Shown: positions 1 to 10,643 of the stretch, one piece after another
Numbering within the stretch: position 1 is the first letter of the stretch
How the letters are laid out: each line of letters begins with the position of its first letter
Assembly (NCBI GenBank): GCA_028714635.1
Contig: JAQTLZ010000001.1
Span: forward strand, 173,272 to 237,271
Direction: 5' to 3'
Length of the DNA: 64,000 bases
DNA from: Minisyncoccota bacterium
GTDB taxonomy: Bacteria; Patescibacteriota; Minisyncoccia; Phycocordibacterales; JAQTLZ01
Made by a program: the position numbers and the translations under genes
Notes under the pieces: generated by a model
Databases searched by the model: none
Seen by the model: the letters and a program-made list of their open reading frames with translations, nothing else
Told to the model about the DNA's origin: nothing

Positions 1-309
1 TCCAGCAGGAAAATATTTTGCGCCGATAACTTTTCCGGGAACTCCCGCATTATCTTCATGCACTGCTACCCATCCTCCATTCGCGAATGTTACTGAATCT
101 AGATAGAGAGTACTGCCAGGGAATTGCGCACCTACTGCGAGCTTATCGCCGCCCGCTGAAACCATTGTGTTTGTTGGAGTTGGCGTTGCCTCTGTCGTTG
201 ATGGAGTAGAATTTCTAGTAAAAAGATATGTTCCAAGCGCGAGGACGACAATAACGACTACGATGCCGATAATCATATTTTTCGAACTTGAATTTGTTGT
301 TGGTTCCAT
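1..309 (-). CDS. hypothetical membrane-anchored protein (N-terminal part; gene continues beyond window start)
   Basis: Minus-strand ATG at 307-309 opens frame MEPTTNSSSKNMIIGIVVVIVVLALGTYLF... with an N-terminal TM helix then a Thr/Pro-rich segment; it runs off the window edge and is not in the ORF track. Confidence 0.35.
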   Translation of the reverse strand, partial: MEPTTNSSSKNMIIGIVVVIVVLALGTYLFTRNSTPSTTEATPTPTNTMVSAGGDKLAVGAQFPGSTLYLDSVTFANGGWVAVHEDNAGVPGKVIGAKYFPAG

Positions 310-390
310 TTAATTAAATATTAATGAATAAAACAAGAACTCTTTTGCTTCATTTAGTATAGCACTTATGCCTCTTGCTAAAATTTCATT

Positions 391-936
391 TTAGATTCCG
401 AATTTTTTTCGCAGTGACCAGAGGCGGAATATCATGCATGCCATATTCTCGTTATAGATCAGATCTTTTTTTATCATTTGAAATGCTTTGTCTATAGAGA
501 CGGGTACGACCTTAATATCCTCGTCCTCATCTTTCAGAAGACGATCGGGAGTGAGTTTTGTTGCAACATAAGCGAAGCGTCTCCATACCCAGGATTGCCC
601 GCCTTCTGCGAGACGAAAAAGTTTCAGATTTTTTGCCCGCACTCCCGCTTCTTCGCGGAGCTCTCTTTGTGCAGCCCGAACAGGGGTTTCTCCCTTCTTT
701 ACTTTTCCTGCTGGCAGGGCCCAGATATATTTTTTGATTCGCGAACGGTATTCGCGGATGAGGAGAAGGCGTTTCTTCGCATCGATAGGAAGGATCATAA
801 CGCTTGGCGGACGATGCATTGTCTCGAAGACTTCTTTTTTACCAGAAGGCATTACCGCGATAGCGCGCTTCACTTCAAAGGTGTGTCCCTTGAAAACTGT
901 CTTATATTTCCCAATTTTTGCGCGAGGTTTTTGCAT
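391..936 (-). CDS. Nudix hydrolase
   Basis: Nudix box GKVKKGETPVRAAQRELREEAGV in the 206-aa ORF 391..1011; likely start at internal Met MQKPRAK (936). Confidence 0.7.
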   Translation of the reverse strand: MQKPRAKIGKYKTVFKGHTFEVKRAIAVMPSGKKEVFETMHRPPSVMILPIDAKKRLLLIREYRSRIKKYIWALPAGKVKKGETPVRAAQRELREEAGVRAKNLKLFRLAEGGQSWVWRRFAYVATKLTPDRLLKDEDEDIKVVPVSIDKAFQMIKKDLIYNENMACMIFRLWSLRKKFGI

Positions 937-1016
937 AGAAATGGTAAATAAAAGGGGTAATCTCCTAGTATAGCACCCCGCGGCAAAATTTTCTAGAAAA
1001 TTTTGCCGCACCCCCT

Positions 1017-1430
1017 TTATCTATTTAAAAGACCCGATCGGAAAATGTCCGGCTTATGAGAACTTATTTTTAGTATTTCAATCGGGAAGGGGAATTTCCC
1101 CTTTGCATTTTCCAGCGCATTTCCTAAACCATCTTGATCATATCCGAGCGCGACCACGTCTGGCTTGTTTTTGAGAATGACATTCCATGTTCCGAGTGTT
1201 TCATCGGCTTCAATTACGTAGTCCGCAATTTTTTCTGCTCCCAGATCCGCAATTCTTTTTTGGAGCGAAAAGCGGGGAGAATGTTTCTTTAATGTTTCAA
1301 CGTGTTCATCACGAGCAACTGCTACGATGAGTATGTCGCCAAACTTTTTCGCTTCGCGCAAAAAATGCCGGTGTCCCTCATGTACTCCGTCAAAGGTGCC
1401 AAAAACTAAAACTTTTTTACCGTTTTTCAT
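1017..1430 (-). CDS. nucleotidyltransferase (cytidylyltransferase-like fold; FMN adenylyltransferase/RibF-N-like)
   Basis: Motif VLVFGTFDGVHEGH matches the (H/T)xGH nucleotidyltransferase signature of the RibF N-domain and CTP-transferase family; 137 aa. Confidence 0.5.
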   Translation of the reverse strand: MKNGKKVLVFGTFDGVHEGHRHFLREAKKFGDILIVAVARDEHVETLKKHSPRFSLQKRIADLGAEKIADYVIEADETLGTWNVILKNKPDVVALGYDQDGLGNALENAKGKFPFPIEILKISSHKPDIFRSGLLNR

Positions 1431-1431
1431 G

Positions 1432-2361
1432 TTAGGAGAAAATAAGAAGCAGTGTTCCTGCGATCATTACACCGATTGCAAAAAATTTTTGTAGGATGTC
1501 TCGTCCAGAGAGTTTTTCTTTCCCCAATTTGGGGAGGAAAACAGTAAGTATGATACCGATTATAAATACGAAGAGGGGCTGGAGACTATTTACAAGAAGG
1601 AGAAGTGCGATTGGTACCAAAAGACTTACGTAGTTGGAAGCAAGTTTTGCTACAAAACTTAGGACTTCCCCCAGGATATTTACAAGAACAAATCCTGCCG
1701 TATTTTGTCTCATGAGGCTTAAAAATTGCTGTCGATAAGATTTGATGCAGATAAATAAAAAGAGAGAGAAAATCACAATACCGGCATATTCCCAAAATAC
1801 GCTTGCCCAGAAATTCTCTTGGAGCGCGATGATTTTGAATAGGAGAATTGAAAGTGAGACCAAGAACGCCGCGCCCATCATTTTCAAGAGAATACCTTTT
1901 TTAATTTGTGCCGATTTCTTGTCAAAGGAAATTGAGATACTGATAGCCCCCAAGATGATTAAAAATCCTCCGATAATTTGTATATTTCGCAATGTTTCTC
2001 CAAGAAAGAAAAATCCGAGAATATAGCCGAAAATAGGAATGAATTGCCATAATGGTGTGATGACAGAAGCTTCTTCATATTCAAGTGCGGAAAAATAGGG
2101 AACGTAGGAACCAACCAAAAACATTCCGCTTAGGATGATGACAAGGGCGTGAGGGAAAGAGATGCTGATTTGGGAAGGAATTGAAATTCCAATTACAAGG
2201 CAAAATAGGATACTTATGAGGCCAGTAAAAATAACGAGAGAGCCAATTCCGCCTTTTTCAGAAGTGCGGTTCTTAAAAAAACGTTCGACAAGGTATTTGT
2301 CAACGTGATTGTTGATTGAATAGAGAAGGGGAGGTGCGAGTGCGATGATAAACCATTTCAT
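1432..2361 (-). CDS. polytopic membrane protein, DMT/EamA-like transporter
   Basis: 309 aa with about 10 predicted TM helices in two halves; 1-bp gap to the upstream gene. Confidence 0.45.
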   Translation of the reverse strand: MKWFIIALAPPLLYSINNHVDKYLVERFFKNRTSEKGGIGSLVIFTGLISILFCLVIGISIPSQISISFPHALVIILSGMFLVGSYVPYFSALEYEEASVITPLWQFIPIFGYILGFFFLGETLRNIQIIGGFLIILGAISISISFDKKSAQIKKGILLKMMGAAFLVSLSILLFKIIALQENFWASVFWEYAGIVIFSLFLFICIKSYRQQFLSLMRQNTAGFVLVNILGEVLSFVAKLASNYVSLLVPIALLLLVNSLQPLFVFIIGIILTVFLPKLGKEKLSGRDILQKFFAIGVMIAGTLLLIFS

Positions 2362-2653
2362 AGAAAATAAGTATACGCCCGCGCAAACTTTTTAAAAAGT
2401 TTGCGCGGACAAGCAAGAAAACGCAAAACCCGATCTCCATGTGAGATCGGGGTTAAAAGTAAGAAGAGGGGGATTCCGCTAAAAACTGCGGATATGGGGT
2501 GGGAGTATTTCGAAAATTTCAGATGAAAAAGAAAAAATCGAAACTACCAGGTGGGACGGACTCCCCGCTCTTCTCGCTTCGTAAACATGTGAACTTTACT
2601 ACCTATTATAATACTACCATATCTGATTTAAAAAGTCAAGTACCTTATTTTGA

Positions 2654-2682
2654 TTGACATTAAGGAGTATAGGCTCTTAAAT
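2654..2682 (+). promoter_or_regulatory. putative sigma70-like promoter (TTGACA-N17-TTAAAT) upstream of the 2798 gene
   Basis: TTGACA at 2654-2659, 17-nt spacer, TTAAAT at 2677-2682, in a divergent intergenic region. Confidence 0.3.
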
Positions 2683-2797
2683 AGAGTATAGATAAGTCAT
2701 TTCCCGAGAATTCTCGTAGGGAGAAAGGCTACGTAATTTATTGTTTGGGCAATCGTCATCCATTAAGCATCTTTAAAAGTTTTTAATACTAGGTAAT

Positions 2798-4489
2798 ATG
2801 AAAAAAATTATACAAAAAGACGAAGTTCTCATCTCGTCTCGGTGGGGGAAAGAACTCCATCGACTTGTCTCTGTGATCGCAGTTTCCTCACTTCTTTTAG
2901 GTGTTGTGGCTCCTTTGAGCGCGACAGCTGCTGCTGGTAACTACGAGATAACTCTTAGTTCGCAACAGGTTGGACCATTTTCTATAACTTTGAACGGTAC
3001 TGCAAGCGGTGATCCTATTGTCGGGAAATGTGATGCACAACATATTTCTGTTTTGAGTTGGGATGTTGCACATGGTCAGCTACCTACACCCGAAGATGTT
3101 ACTTTACAAAATTTTGGTTGCAATGATAAGGTTTTAGTAACTGATTGGGCAGCTTCTCATGTATATGCAAATGCCGGCACCTATACTATTCAGGTTAGAA
3201 TTTATCATGCAAACCCTACTGGTGCAGAAGGTTCGGATGTTGCAACGATCGATGTTCCAGTAATTATTCCTCCTGCGACTCTTACGGTTATTAAAGAGGT
3301 GGTTAACAGTACTCAATCAGCCGATGACTTCACTATAAATGTAACTGGTAATGGCGCTTCTCCCGCATCATTTCCAGGTGTTGAATATCCGGGGCAAGTT
3401 GTAAGTCTCCAGCCTGGTGATTACAGTGTTTCTGAAGCGAGTACTACGGACTACACCGCGTCTTTTTCAGCCGATTGTACTGGTTCAGTAGCGTCCGGAG
3501 ACAGTAAGACCTGCACGGTTACGAACACTTTTGTCCCTCCTCCGACCCCTACGCCCACTCCAACTCCTTCTCCAACGCCGACACCAAGTCCAACTCCGAC
3601 TCCAACTCCTTCTCCTACACCTACCCCCACACCGTCTCCAACCCCAACACCGAGCCCAACTCCCTCACCGACACCAGAACCTACTCCTTCGCCCACCCCA
3701 GAACCAACTCCAATACCAAGCGTGACGCCAACCCCAAGCCCCACGCCATCACCCACCCCGTCTCCAACGCCGGAACCAACACCATCACCGACACCAGAAC
3801 CTACTCCTTCCCCAACTCCACAAGCAACTCCAAGCCCAACTCCGGAAATAACTCCTAGTCCTACACCTACTCCAGATGGTGGCGGAGGGGAAACTCCAAC
3901 CCCGACTCCAGAAGCGACTCCGTCTCCAACACCCGAGCCTACTGCCTCTCCGACTCCTGAACCAACAGCCAGTCCAACTCCAGAACCAACTCCCTCTCCT
4001 ACTCCTAACAATGGCGGAGGCGAAAATCCTACACCAACTCCGACTCCTTCTTCCACGCCATCACCAACTCCGAAACCGCATCATTCAGGATCTTCTGGGG
4101 GACGTGTAGGTACGGGCGGAGGTGGTAGTGTGCTTGGAATATCCACTGGGCCTGGTGAAGTGCTTGGAGCTGAAGCTTGCAGTGTGTATCTCAAAACATA
4201 TATACATTATGGATGGAAAAATGATCCAGAAGATGTAAAAAGACTCCAGACATTGCTCAATAGCTATCTGAAAATCAATCTTCCAATTAGCGGTTTTTAT
4301 GGTCCGATGACGAGAGACGCCGTAAATAGACTCCAGGTTATGAATTGGCAAGAAGTGTTAGCTCCTTGGGTACCATTCGGCTTGCCAACGGCACATACTC
4401 CGACCGGATATGTTTACAAGACCACACAACGCTTCATCAATAATTATATTTGTCCGACTCTCAACCTTCCGATTCCGCAACTTCCGTAA
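2798..4489 (+). CDS. secreted cell-surface protein: Cna-B/prealbumin-like fold domain, long Pro-Thr linker, Gly-rich segment, C-terminal putative peptidoglycan-binding domain
   Basis: N-terminal hydrophobic signal; motif YSVSE...TCTVTNT typical of Cna-B-like domains; about 180 aa of (S/T/E)PTP repeats; C-terminus [21 protein letters not shown]...[15 protein letters not shown] resembles the PG_binding_1 domain. Confidence 0.55.
   Translation: MKKIIQKDEVLISSRWGKELHRLVSVIAVSSLLLGVVAPLSATAAAGNYEITLSSQQVGPFSITLNGTASGDPIVGKCDAQHISVLSWDVAHGQLPTPEDVTLQNFGCNDKVLVTDWAASHVYANAGTYTIQVRIYHANPTGAEGSDVATIDVPVIIPPATLTVIKEVVNSTQSADDFTINVTGNGASPASFPGVEYPGQVVSLQPGDYSVSEASTTDYTASFSADCTGSVASGDSKTCTVTNTFVPPPTPTPTPTPSPTPTPSPTPTPTPSPTPTPTPSPTPTPSPTPSPTPEPTPSPTPEPTPIPSVTPTPSPTPSPTPSPTPEPTPSPTPEPTPSPTPQATPSPTPEITPSPTPTPDGGGGETPTPTPEATPSPTPEPTASPTPEPTASPTPEPTPSPTPNNGGGENPTPTPTPSSTPSPTPKPHHSGSSGGRVGTGGGGSVLGISTGPGEVLGAEACSVYLKTYIHYGWKNDPEDVKRLQTLLNSYLKINLPISGFYGPMTRDAVNRLQVMNWQEVLAPWVPFGLPTAHTPTGYVYKTTQRFINNYICPTLNLPIPQLP
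3535..4080 (+). repeat. tandem [13 protein letters not shown]-type coding repeat (Pro/Thr linker)
   Basis: Dozens of 6-15 nt units (ccaactcc, acgccgac, etc.) encoding PT/PS/PE repeats; the antisense GVG-repeat ORF 3451..4056 is an artefact of this repeat. Confidence 0.8.
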
Positions 4490-4549
4490 AATGCTTTGAG
4501 AGAGGAAATCCTCCTTGTTTTTCAATTGCCTTTTGTGTTCTAATAGTTC

Positions 4550-5554
4550 ATGGGTAATTTTCTCAAGCACCACTTTATTCCCCATGAAGGGAATGAATAC
4601 AAGCCACACTTTTTAAGAGAAGCTTCGATTGCTTCGCTCATCTCTCTTGCTCTCATTCTTTTTCTCGGTTCAATTTCGTATGGAATTGTAGCGACCAAAA
4701 CAAATATTTTGGCGTCTATTTACCCGTCTCTGGTTGTTAATCTTACAAATGAAAACCGAACTGCACAGGGCGATCTTCCTCTCCAAGTAAATCCGCTTTT
4801 AGAAAAATCGGCGGGATTCAAGGCAGAAGATATGGCGGAGAAAGGATATTTTGCCCACACCTCTCCGGAAGGGCTCACTCCATGGCATTGGTTTGATCTT
4901 GCTGGCTACGCGTATATCTATGCCGGAGAAAATCTTGCTGTGAATTTTTCTGACACGGATACAGTAGTGAATGCGTGGATGAATTCTCCGACGCACCGGG
5001 AAAATATTCTCAATAATCATTTTACGGAGATTGGCATCGCCACTTCTCACGGAGTATATAAAGGAAGAGATACGATTTTCGTCGTCCAAGATTTTGGAAC
5101 TCCATCTCTCGCATCTGCAGAGGGGAATGTCCGGCCGGTTTTGAAAGAGGTGAAAAGCATTGCTCCTATTTCACAGGTACAAGTCTCTCCTGAAGTAGCC
5201 GGTGAGAGTGTGAAAAAAGATTTTGTGCAGGCAGAAGCGCCGCTTCAGACTTTTGTTGCTGTGAAAAATGAGGCCGCTGTATCTTCCGCACCCGCACAAC
5301 AAGCTATAGATGGAAATTCTTTTCCGAAACTTTCGTGGTATCAAAGAGCGGTGCTTTTGTATCCCAAAATAGTGAGCGATGCATATATTGTCCTTGCCGG
5401 CATCGTTGTTCTTTCACTTGTCCTTCTTATCTTCATTGAAGTTAAAAAACAGCACCCAAAACATATTCTGTACGGATTTCTTGTTTTAGCATTAGTGCTT
5501 GTGCTACTCTACCTCTCTCGGGCAATTCTCTTCCCGCAGGTGATCATAATCTAA
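4550..5554 (+). CDS. CAP/SCP/PR-1-like domain protein with C-terminal TM anchor
   Basis: GYFAHTSPEG, GENLA, WMNSPTHRENIL, FTEIGIA match CAP-domain signature motifs; N- and C-terminal hydrophobic helices. Confidence 0.55.
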   Translation: MGNFLKHHFIPHEGNEYKPHFLREASIASLISLALILFLGSISYGIVATKTNILASIYPSLVVNLTNENRTAQGDLPLQVNPLLEKSAGFKAEDMAEKGYFAHTSPEGLTPWHWFDLAGYAYIYAGENLAVNFSDTDTVVNAWMNSPTHRENILNNHFTEIGIATSHGVYKGRDTIFVVQDFGTPSLASAEGNVRPVLKEVKSIAPISQVQVSPEVAGESVKKDFVQAEAPLQTFVAVKNEAAVSSAPAQQAIDGNSFPKLSWYQRAVLLYPKIVSDAYIVLAGIVVLSLVLLIFIEVKKQHPKHILYGFLVLALVLVLLYLSRAILFPQVIII

Positions 5555-5560
5555 ACACAA

Positions 5561-6775
5561 ATGGCAGAACAGAGAATCAAAAAAGAGCTCGGAGAGTGGA
5601 AGGATATTTCCATCGTGAATCTTATCGATTCGCTTGTTGAGTATGCTCATGCAAACCACGCATCGGATATTCACATTGATCCATCGGAGAAAAAAGTGCG
5701 AGTGCGGCTTCGTATTGACGGCGTTTTGGAAGAGCTTTGTGTATTTCCGAAAGACATTCATCCAGAAATTATTTCCCGAATCAAAATTCTGGCATCTTTG
5801 CGCACTGACGAGCATCAATCGCCCCAAGACGGACGTTTCCGGATTTCGCTTAAGTCGAAGTTCCCGATAGATGTGCGAGTTTCTATTGTTCCAACATTTT
5901 TCGGCGAGAATGCGGTGCTCCGGCTTCTGTCAGACAAAGCGGAAAGCATTTCTTTGGACATGCTTGGTTTAAACGAGAGAGATTACCAAAAACTTAAGAA
6001 AGCTGTGCAGAAATCTTCGGGAATGATCCTTGCTACCGGTCCGACCGGTTCTGGAAAGACCACGACGCTGTATACGATTTTGAAGATGCTCAATACCAAA
6101 GAAGTATCGATTATTACCATTGAAGATCCGATCGAATACGCGCTTGAGGGGATTGAACAGATCCAAGTAGACCCGCGAAGTTCGCTCACTTTTGCAAATG
6201 GTTTGCGCTCTATTTTGCGCCAAGATCCGAACATTATCATGGTAGGTGAGATCCGTGATACAGAAACTGCCGGCATTGCAGTCAACACCGCTCTCACAGG
6301 GCACTTGCTTCTCTCTACGCTCCATACAAATGATGCGGCGACAACGCTTCCGCGACTTCTTGATATGCACATTGAACCATTTTTGGTCGCTTCGACTGTC
6401 TCTGTCGCTATCGGCCAGCGGCTGGTGCGCACGCTCTGTCCGCATTGCAAGGTGCCGAAAACGCTTACAGAAGCGGAAAAGAAAACGCTCGAAGACATTT
6501 TTGCCGGAGTTCCGCTTCCGGAAAATCCCACGTTTTTTGAAGCGAAAGGCTGCGACGAATGCAGCACTGCAGGCTTTCGCGGACGAATCGGCCTTTACGA
6601 GGTCCTTGTCATGTCCCCAGCTATTCGAGAGGCAATATTGCGGAAGACTTCAGCCGCTGAAATAAAAACCATAGCTTTGCAAGAAGGCATGACTCCCATG
6701 GTTCGTGATGGTCTTGAAAAAGCCGCTCGCGGTCTCACTACCATTGAGGAAGTAATGCGTGTCGGCCATGAATAA
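5561..6775 (+). CDS. pilB: type IV pilus assembly ATPase PilB/GspE family
   Basis: Walker A GPTGSGKTTTLY, Asp box, His box (LLSTLHTNDA), tetracysteine CPHC...CDEC zinc motif; 404 aa. Confidence 0.85.
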   Translation: MAEQRIKKELGEWKDISIVNLIDSLVEYAHANHASDIHIDPSEKKVRVRLRIDGVLEELCVFPKDIHPEIISRIKILASLRTDEHQSPQDGRFRISLKSKFPIDVRVSIVPTFFGENAVLRLLSDKAESISLDMLGLNERDYQKLKKAVQKSSGMILATGPTGSGKTTTLYTILKMLNTKEVSIITIEDPIEYALEGIEQIQVDPRSSLTFANGLRSILRQDPNIIMVGEIRDTETAGIAVNTALTGHLLLSTLHTNDAATTLPRLLDMHIEPFLVASTVSVAIGQRLVRTLCPHCKVPKTLTEAEKKTLEDIFAGVPLPENPTFFEAKGCDECSTAGFRGRIGLYEVLVMSPAIREAILRKTSAAEIKTIALQEGMTPMVRDGLEKAARGLTTIEEVMRVGHE

Positions 6776-6944
6776 TCCCCGCCACACTTCAAAAGAACGC
6801 ACTTCCCATCGGCCGTCTCTCCATTCTGAAATGGCGAAAAAAGTTCTTCCCAAAGTCGAAAAGAAAAAACATTTCGGGCACGCAATTGTTCCCAAACTTT
6901 CTCATTCGAGCAAAAAAATAAGAGCAAAAATGGGAGGCTTCCGG

Positions 6945-8033
6945 ATGAAAGTCCAAGCATATTGGAAAACAGATCAAAAAAATAGGTTGCGGCTCAGCAT
7001 GAAAGAGCGTTCCCATTTTGCCAAACGCCTTTCTTTTCTTATCTCCGGCGGAGTGCCGCTTCTCGAGGCTCTTTTTGTGCTTCAAAAGCAAAATCGCTCC
7101 CGGAGGAAAGAGAAATTTTTCGATTCTATTATCGCTGATATTTCAAATGGCCAGACGCTTTCGAAGGCACTCGTGAAATTTCCGAGAATGTTCGATGATT
7201 TTGCAGTGAATATTATTCGAGTCGGTGAATCAAGCGGGACCTTAAACCAAAATCTCCAGTATCTTGCCGAAGAGCTGAAAAAGAAAAATGTCCTTCGAAA
7301 TAAAGTATTGAGCGCGCTTGTCTATCCGATTTTTATCACCATAACGACATTGGCCCTCACCATTTTGCTCACCATTTTTATTTTTCCTAAAATTCAGCCG
7401 ATCTTCACTAGTCTTCGGGTTGCGATTCCTTTGACCACGAGAATACTTATTTTTACAAGCGCATTTCTTCGCGCCTATGGGCTCTGGCTTTTGGCAGCGC
7501 TCGTCGTTTCCGCTATAGTATTTTTGATTTTCCTCAAGAAATCAGAAGGTTTCCGAAAATTTTTCGACAGGAATATATTTCGCATTCCGCTTTTAGGGAC
7601 GATTTTTCAGGGATATAACCTTGCTAACATTACCCGCACTTTGGGGCTTCTTTTGAAAAGCGGGGTCAAATTGAGCGAGGCGGTCATTGTGACCGCGGAT
7701 ACCACAGCTAACGTCATCTACAAACAAGAGCTCCATAATATTTCCGCAGGAGTGCTGAGAGGCGAGAAACTTTCTTTCTACATGGAGAAGAATAGAAAAC
7801 TTTTCCCTGATCTTGTCTCTCATATGGTCGCGGTCGGGGAGGGGACGGGAAACCTTTCCAACACGCTCATCTATCTTTCTGAAAGCGAAGAGGCGGAAGT
7901 GGACGATCTGACCAAAAATCTTTCCAATTCCATCGAGCCCTTGCTTATGGTCTTTATGGGCCTTATTGTTGGATTTATAGCTGTTTCGGTCATAACGCCT
8001 ATCTATGAAATTACCCAAAATCTTCATCCATAA
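6945..8033 (+). CDS. pilC: type IV pilus platform protein PilC/GspF family
   Basis: Two GspF-type repeats, 3 TM segments, ORF 6759..8033; likely start at MKVQAYW (6945) preceded by GGGAGG at 6932-6937; the long ORF overlaps the pilB end. Confidence 0.75.
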   Translation: MKVQAYWKTDQKNRLRLSMKERSHFAKRLSFLISGGVPLLEALFVLQKQNRSRRKEKFFDSIIADISNGQTLSKALVKFPRMFDDFAVNIIRVGESSGTLNQNLQYLAEELKKKNVLRNKVLSALVYPIFITITTLALTILLTIFIFPKIQPIFTSLRVAIPLTTRILIFTSAFLRAYGLWLLAALVVSAIVFLIFLKKSEGFRKFFDRNIFRIPLLGTIFQGYNLANITRTLGLLLKSGVKLSEAVIVTADTTANVIYKQELHNISAGVLRGEKLSFYMEKNRKLFPDLVSHMVAVGEGTGNLSNTLIYLSESEEAEVDDLTKNLSNSIEPLLMVFMGLIVGFIAVSVITPIYEITQNLHP

Positions 8034-8508
8034 AGAGAAGACATGCGGTTTCACTTTAATAGAAATTTTGGTCGTGATGGCGATTTTCACGCTTCTCTCT
8101 GGCCTCGGGTTGTTTATGACATTTGATTCCTATCGCGGAGCTTCTTCGCGTTCCGAGCGCGATACTGTGGTGAGTCTTTTGGAAAGGGCGCGCAGTCAGG
8201 CAATGAATAATGTTTGTTTTGGCGCTTCTTGCGTCGGAGGAAAAAGACACGGTATCTCCATTCAGTCCAACCAATACGTGATTTTTGAGGGAGGAAACTA
8301 TGCCAGTCGTGACAGTGAGGTCGATCAAATTACCCCCGCTAATCCGACAGCCATCATAACTCCTATTGATGTGGTATTTGATCAGCTGACCGGAAAACTT
8401 TACCCGCAACTTTCTCCCGCGACAACCGAATTGATCATCACCATAAAGCAGGCCGACCGGCCCGATTCAATTATTTCAATCAACAATGAAGGCACGATCA
8501 ATTGGTGA
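8005..8508 (+). CDS. pseudopilin (prepilin-type N-terminal cleavage/methylation domain)
   Basis: Class III signal KTCG|FTLIEILVVMAIFTLL; 167 aa; overlaps the pilC end. Confidence 0.6.
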   Translation: MKLPKIFIHKEKTCGFTLIEILVVMAIFTLLSGLGLFMTFDSYRGASSRSERDTVVSLLERARSQAMNNVCFGASCVGGKRHGISIQSNQYVIFEGGNYASRDSEVDQITPANPTAIITPIDVVFDQLTGKLYPQLSPATTELIITIKQADRPDSIISINNEGTINW

Positions 8509-8574
8509 TTTTTGCACCACAAAAATCATGTCAGAAGATTTTTAGCCGAAGGCGTAAAAATTTCTGACTCAAAC

Positions 8575-10188
8575 ATGAAAACTGAAAATACAAAACCAAA
8601 GATAAAAAACTCTCGAGGCTTCAGCACGCTTGAAATACTCATTGCTTTTTCTATTCTCATTTTGGCTTTGACGGCGCTTATTCTCGTGGTCTTCGGCAAT
8701 CAATCGATCTTAATTGATACTCAGGTAAGCAATGAAGCGCTCCATAAAGCGGAAGCCTTGCTTGAGGGTGCGCGTGCCGATTCTCGCTTCGATTTTGGCC
8801 TCGTCAATCCGACCACAACAATAGAAGTGAGCGGTTCGCTCGCTTATACAAAAAAACTTGAAGTGCACCAGGTGGATTTATTTACCAAGGAAGTAAAGAG
8901 TATCGTAAGCTGGCTTGGTCCGAATGACCGCAATCTCTCCGTAACGCTCAGTACGCTTCTTACCAACCCTCAGGCGGTAGCCGGAGGAGATACATGCAGT
9001 TCTGTTCTTGAGGGTAATTGGAATGATGCGCAAATAACCGAGCCGATTGATGTGGGTACGACCTCCAGCGGAAATCCCGTGACCAGCGTGTACGCTTTCA
9101 ATGAAAAACTCTATCTTACGACAGCAAATACTCATGGGCATAATGATGATTTTTATATATACGATCTTTCCGCTGATCCCAAACACCCCACCCAGATAAT
9201 AAGCAGAGATACGAATGGTTTGACTCCTGGATTAAATGCGGTGACAGTTTCGAAAAATGGCGCAAACCAGTTTGCGTATGTAGGGAATGCAAATGATAGA
9301 AATTTTAAAACCTGTACGTCTGGACCGGGTTGTTCGCAACTGCAAGTGATAGATGTTACGAGTCCAAGTTCTCCTTCGGTCGTAGCTAGTTTCTTGCTTC
9401 CAACGAGCACGGCACCGTATGTCCTGGGAAATGTCACAAGTTCCAACGATCAAGCTGTCGGGAAAAGTATTTTTTATAAAGATGGATATGTTTATCTTGG
9501 ATTGACGACCACTTCAAATGGGCCAGGTTTTCATATTATTGATGTGCATGATCCATTGCATCCAAGCTGGGTTGGCAGTTGGCCATCCCCAGCACTGGGA
9601 TTTGGAAGTTCGGGCGCCCCCATTAACGCAATCTATGTTAAGAATAATTATGCATACCTCGCTCATCCTACAGGCCTCGCCGGCGGGTCTTCGGAACAAT
9701 TGACAGTTCTTGATATCAGCAATCTATCCAGTCCCCAGCGCGTCAGTTCTTTTTTTGATAGCGGCGGTGTCGGGGGAAACGGGAAAAGCCTTGGTTTGGT
9801 TGGCAACAAATTATATTTTGGAAGGACAGCGACAAAAATTTCCGGAGCAACGGATTCTCGTCCAGAGTTTTACATTTTGAACAATGCTAATCCCACCTCT
9901 CTCCCAGCTGCTCCGCTCGGCACTCTTGCCTTGGCCACTGCCGAAAGCGCAAACGGAATACTTATCCGCGATTATCTCGCTTTTTTGACCACCACTAATT
10001 ATTTTCAAATCTGGAATATTTCGAACCCCTCAAATATTTTAGCGGTCAAATCATTCTTTATGCCCGACATTGTGCATAGCGGGTCAACCGGTTCGGCATC
10101 AGGATGCGAGGGAAATTATATTTATGTTGGTTCGTATAGGACGAGTAACGATAAGGGGGTAATCCTTGTCGCATATCCAGGACTATGA
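8575..10188 (+). CDS. large pseudopilin with beta-propeller-like (LVIVD-type) repeats; possible pilus tip/adhesin subunit
   Basis: Prepilin N-terminus NSRG|FSTLEILIAFSIL; at least 7 degenerate repeats (YLTT, YVGN, YLGL, YLAH, YFGR, YVGS); ORF opens at 8512, Met at 8575 more plausible. Confidence 0.5.
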   Translation: MKTENTKPKIKNSRGFSTLEILIAFSILILALTALILVVFGNQSILIDTQVSNEALHKAEALLEGARADSRFDFGLVNPTTTIEVSGSLAYTKKLEVHQVDLFTKEVKSIVSWLGPNDRNLSVTLSTLLTNPQAVAGGDTCSSVLEGNWNDAQITEPIDVGTTSSGNPVTSVYAFNEKLYLTTANTHGHNDDFYIYDLSADPKHPTQIISRDTNGLTPGLNAVTVSKNGANQFAYVGNANDRNFKTCTSGPGCSQLQVIDVTSPSSPSVVASFLLPTSTAPYVLGNVTSSNDQAVGKSIFYKDGYVYLGLTTTSNGPGFHIIDVHDPLHPSWVGSWPSPALGFGSSGAPINAIYVKNNYAYLAHPTGLAGGSSEQLTVLDISNLSSPQRVSSFFDSGGVGGNGKSLGLVGNKLYFGRTATKISGATDSRPEFYILNNANPTSLPAAPLGTLALATAESANGILIRDYLAFLTTTNYFQIWNISNPSNILAVKSFFMPDIVHSGSTGSASGCEGNYIYVGSYRTSNDKGVILVAYPGL

Positions 10189-10643
10189 AAACAACAGGCG
10201 GTTTCACTTTAATCGAATCGGTTGTCTACGTCGCTCTTTTAGCCCTCATCATGGGAGGAGTCTTGCCTCTGGTGTATCAAATTTTGCAGGGAAGCAATAC
10301 TCTATCTGGAATAAATGCGGTACAAGAAGAGGCGAATTTTGTATTGCACAAAATCGATTGGGCGCTTGGCGGTATTTCAAATATCCTCTCTTCTTTTTCT
10401 GATGCCGACACCATTACCATACCCAGATACGATGGGAATCAGGTGCGTTTTCGGTTGAACACGGACAAAATCGAGATGAGCGAATCGGGCGGGACATATC
10501 TGCCGATCACTACAGCCAATGTGGCGGCAACTCATTTGCTTTTTCATTACATACCGGCGATGGGCACGGGACCAGCGGGTGTGAAAGTTTCTTTTACTCT
10601 CGGAACTGTTCCATTTGAAATAACGAAATACATACGAAAATGA
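10185..10643 (+). CDS. pseudopilin
   Basis: N-terminus MKTTGG|FTLIESVVYVALLALIMGG; 152 aa; 4-bp overlap with the upstream gene. Confidence 0.55.
   Translation: MKTTGGFTLIESVVYVALLALIMGGVLPLVYQILQGSNTLSGINAVQEEANFVLHKIDWALGGISNILSSFSDADTITIPRYDGNQVRFRLNTDKIEMSESGGTYLPITTANVAATHLLFHYIPAMGTGPAGVKVSFTLGTVPFEITKYIRK

Noticed and set aside
2400-2520. Hairpin cccgatctc catgt gagatcggg and purine-rich stretch as a possible sRNA or RNase P/SRP fragment
   Set aside because: I could find no conserved RNase P, SRP, 6S or tmRNA motifs. It is probably just a divergent promoter/UTR region.
3451-4056. 201-aa minus-strand ORF made of GVG/GSGVG repeats
   Set aside because: It is the antisense reading of the PTPSPTP coding repeat in gene 2798..4489. 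It has no start context and is fully nested, so it is a frame artefact.
3535-4080. Possible CRISPR array suggested by short tandem repeats
   Set aside because: The repeats are 6-15 nt coding PT units without unique spacers, and no cas genes are present. The heptamer AGCTAC repeats are likewise too short and irregular.
5983-6567. 194-aa minus ORF inside pilB, and similar nested ORFs in tyrA-like (56890..57528), res, mod and clpB
   Set aside because: They are fully nested antisense ORFs within well-supported genes with conserved motifs, with no independent evidence.
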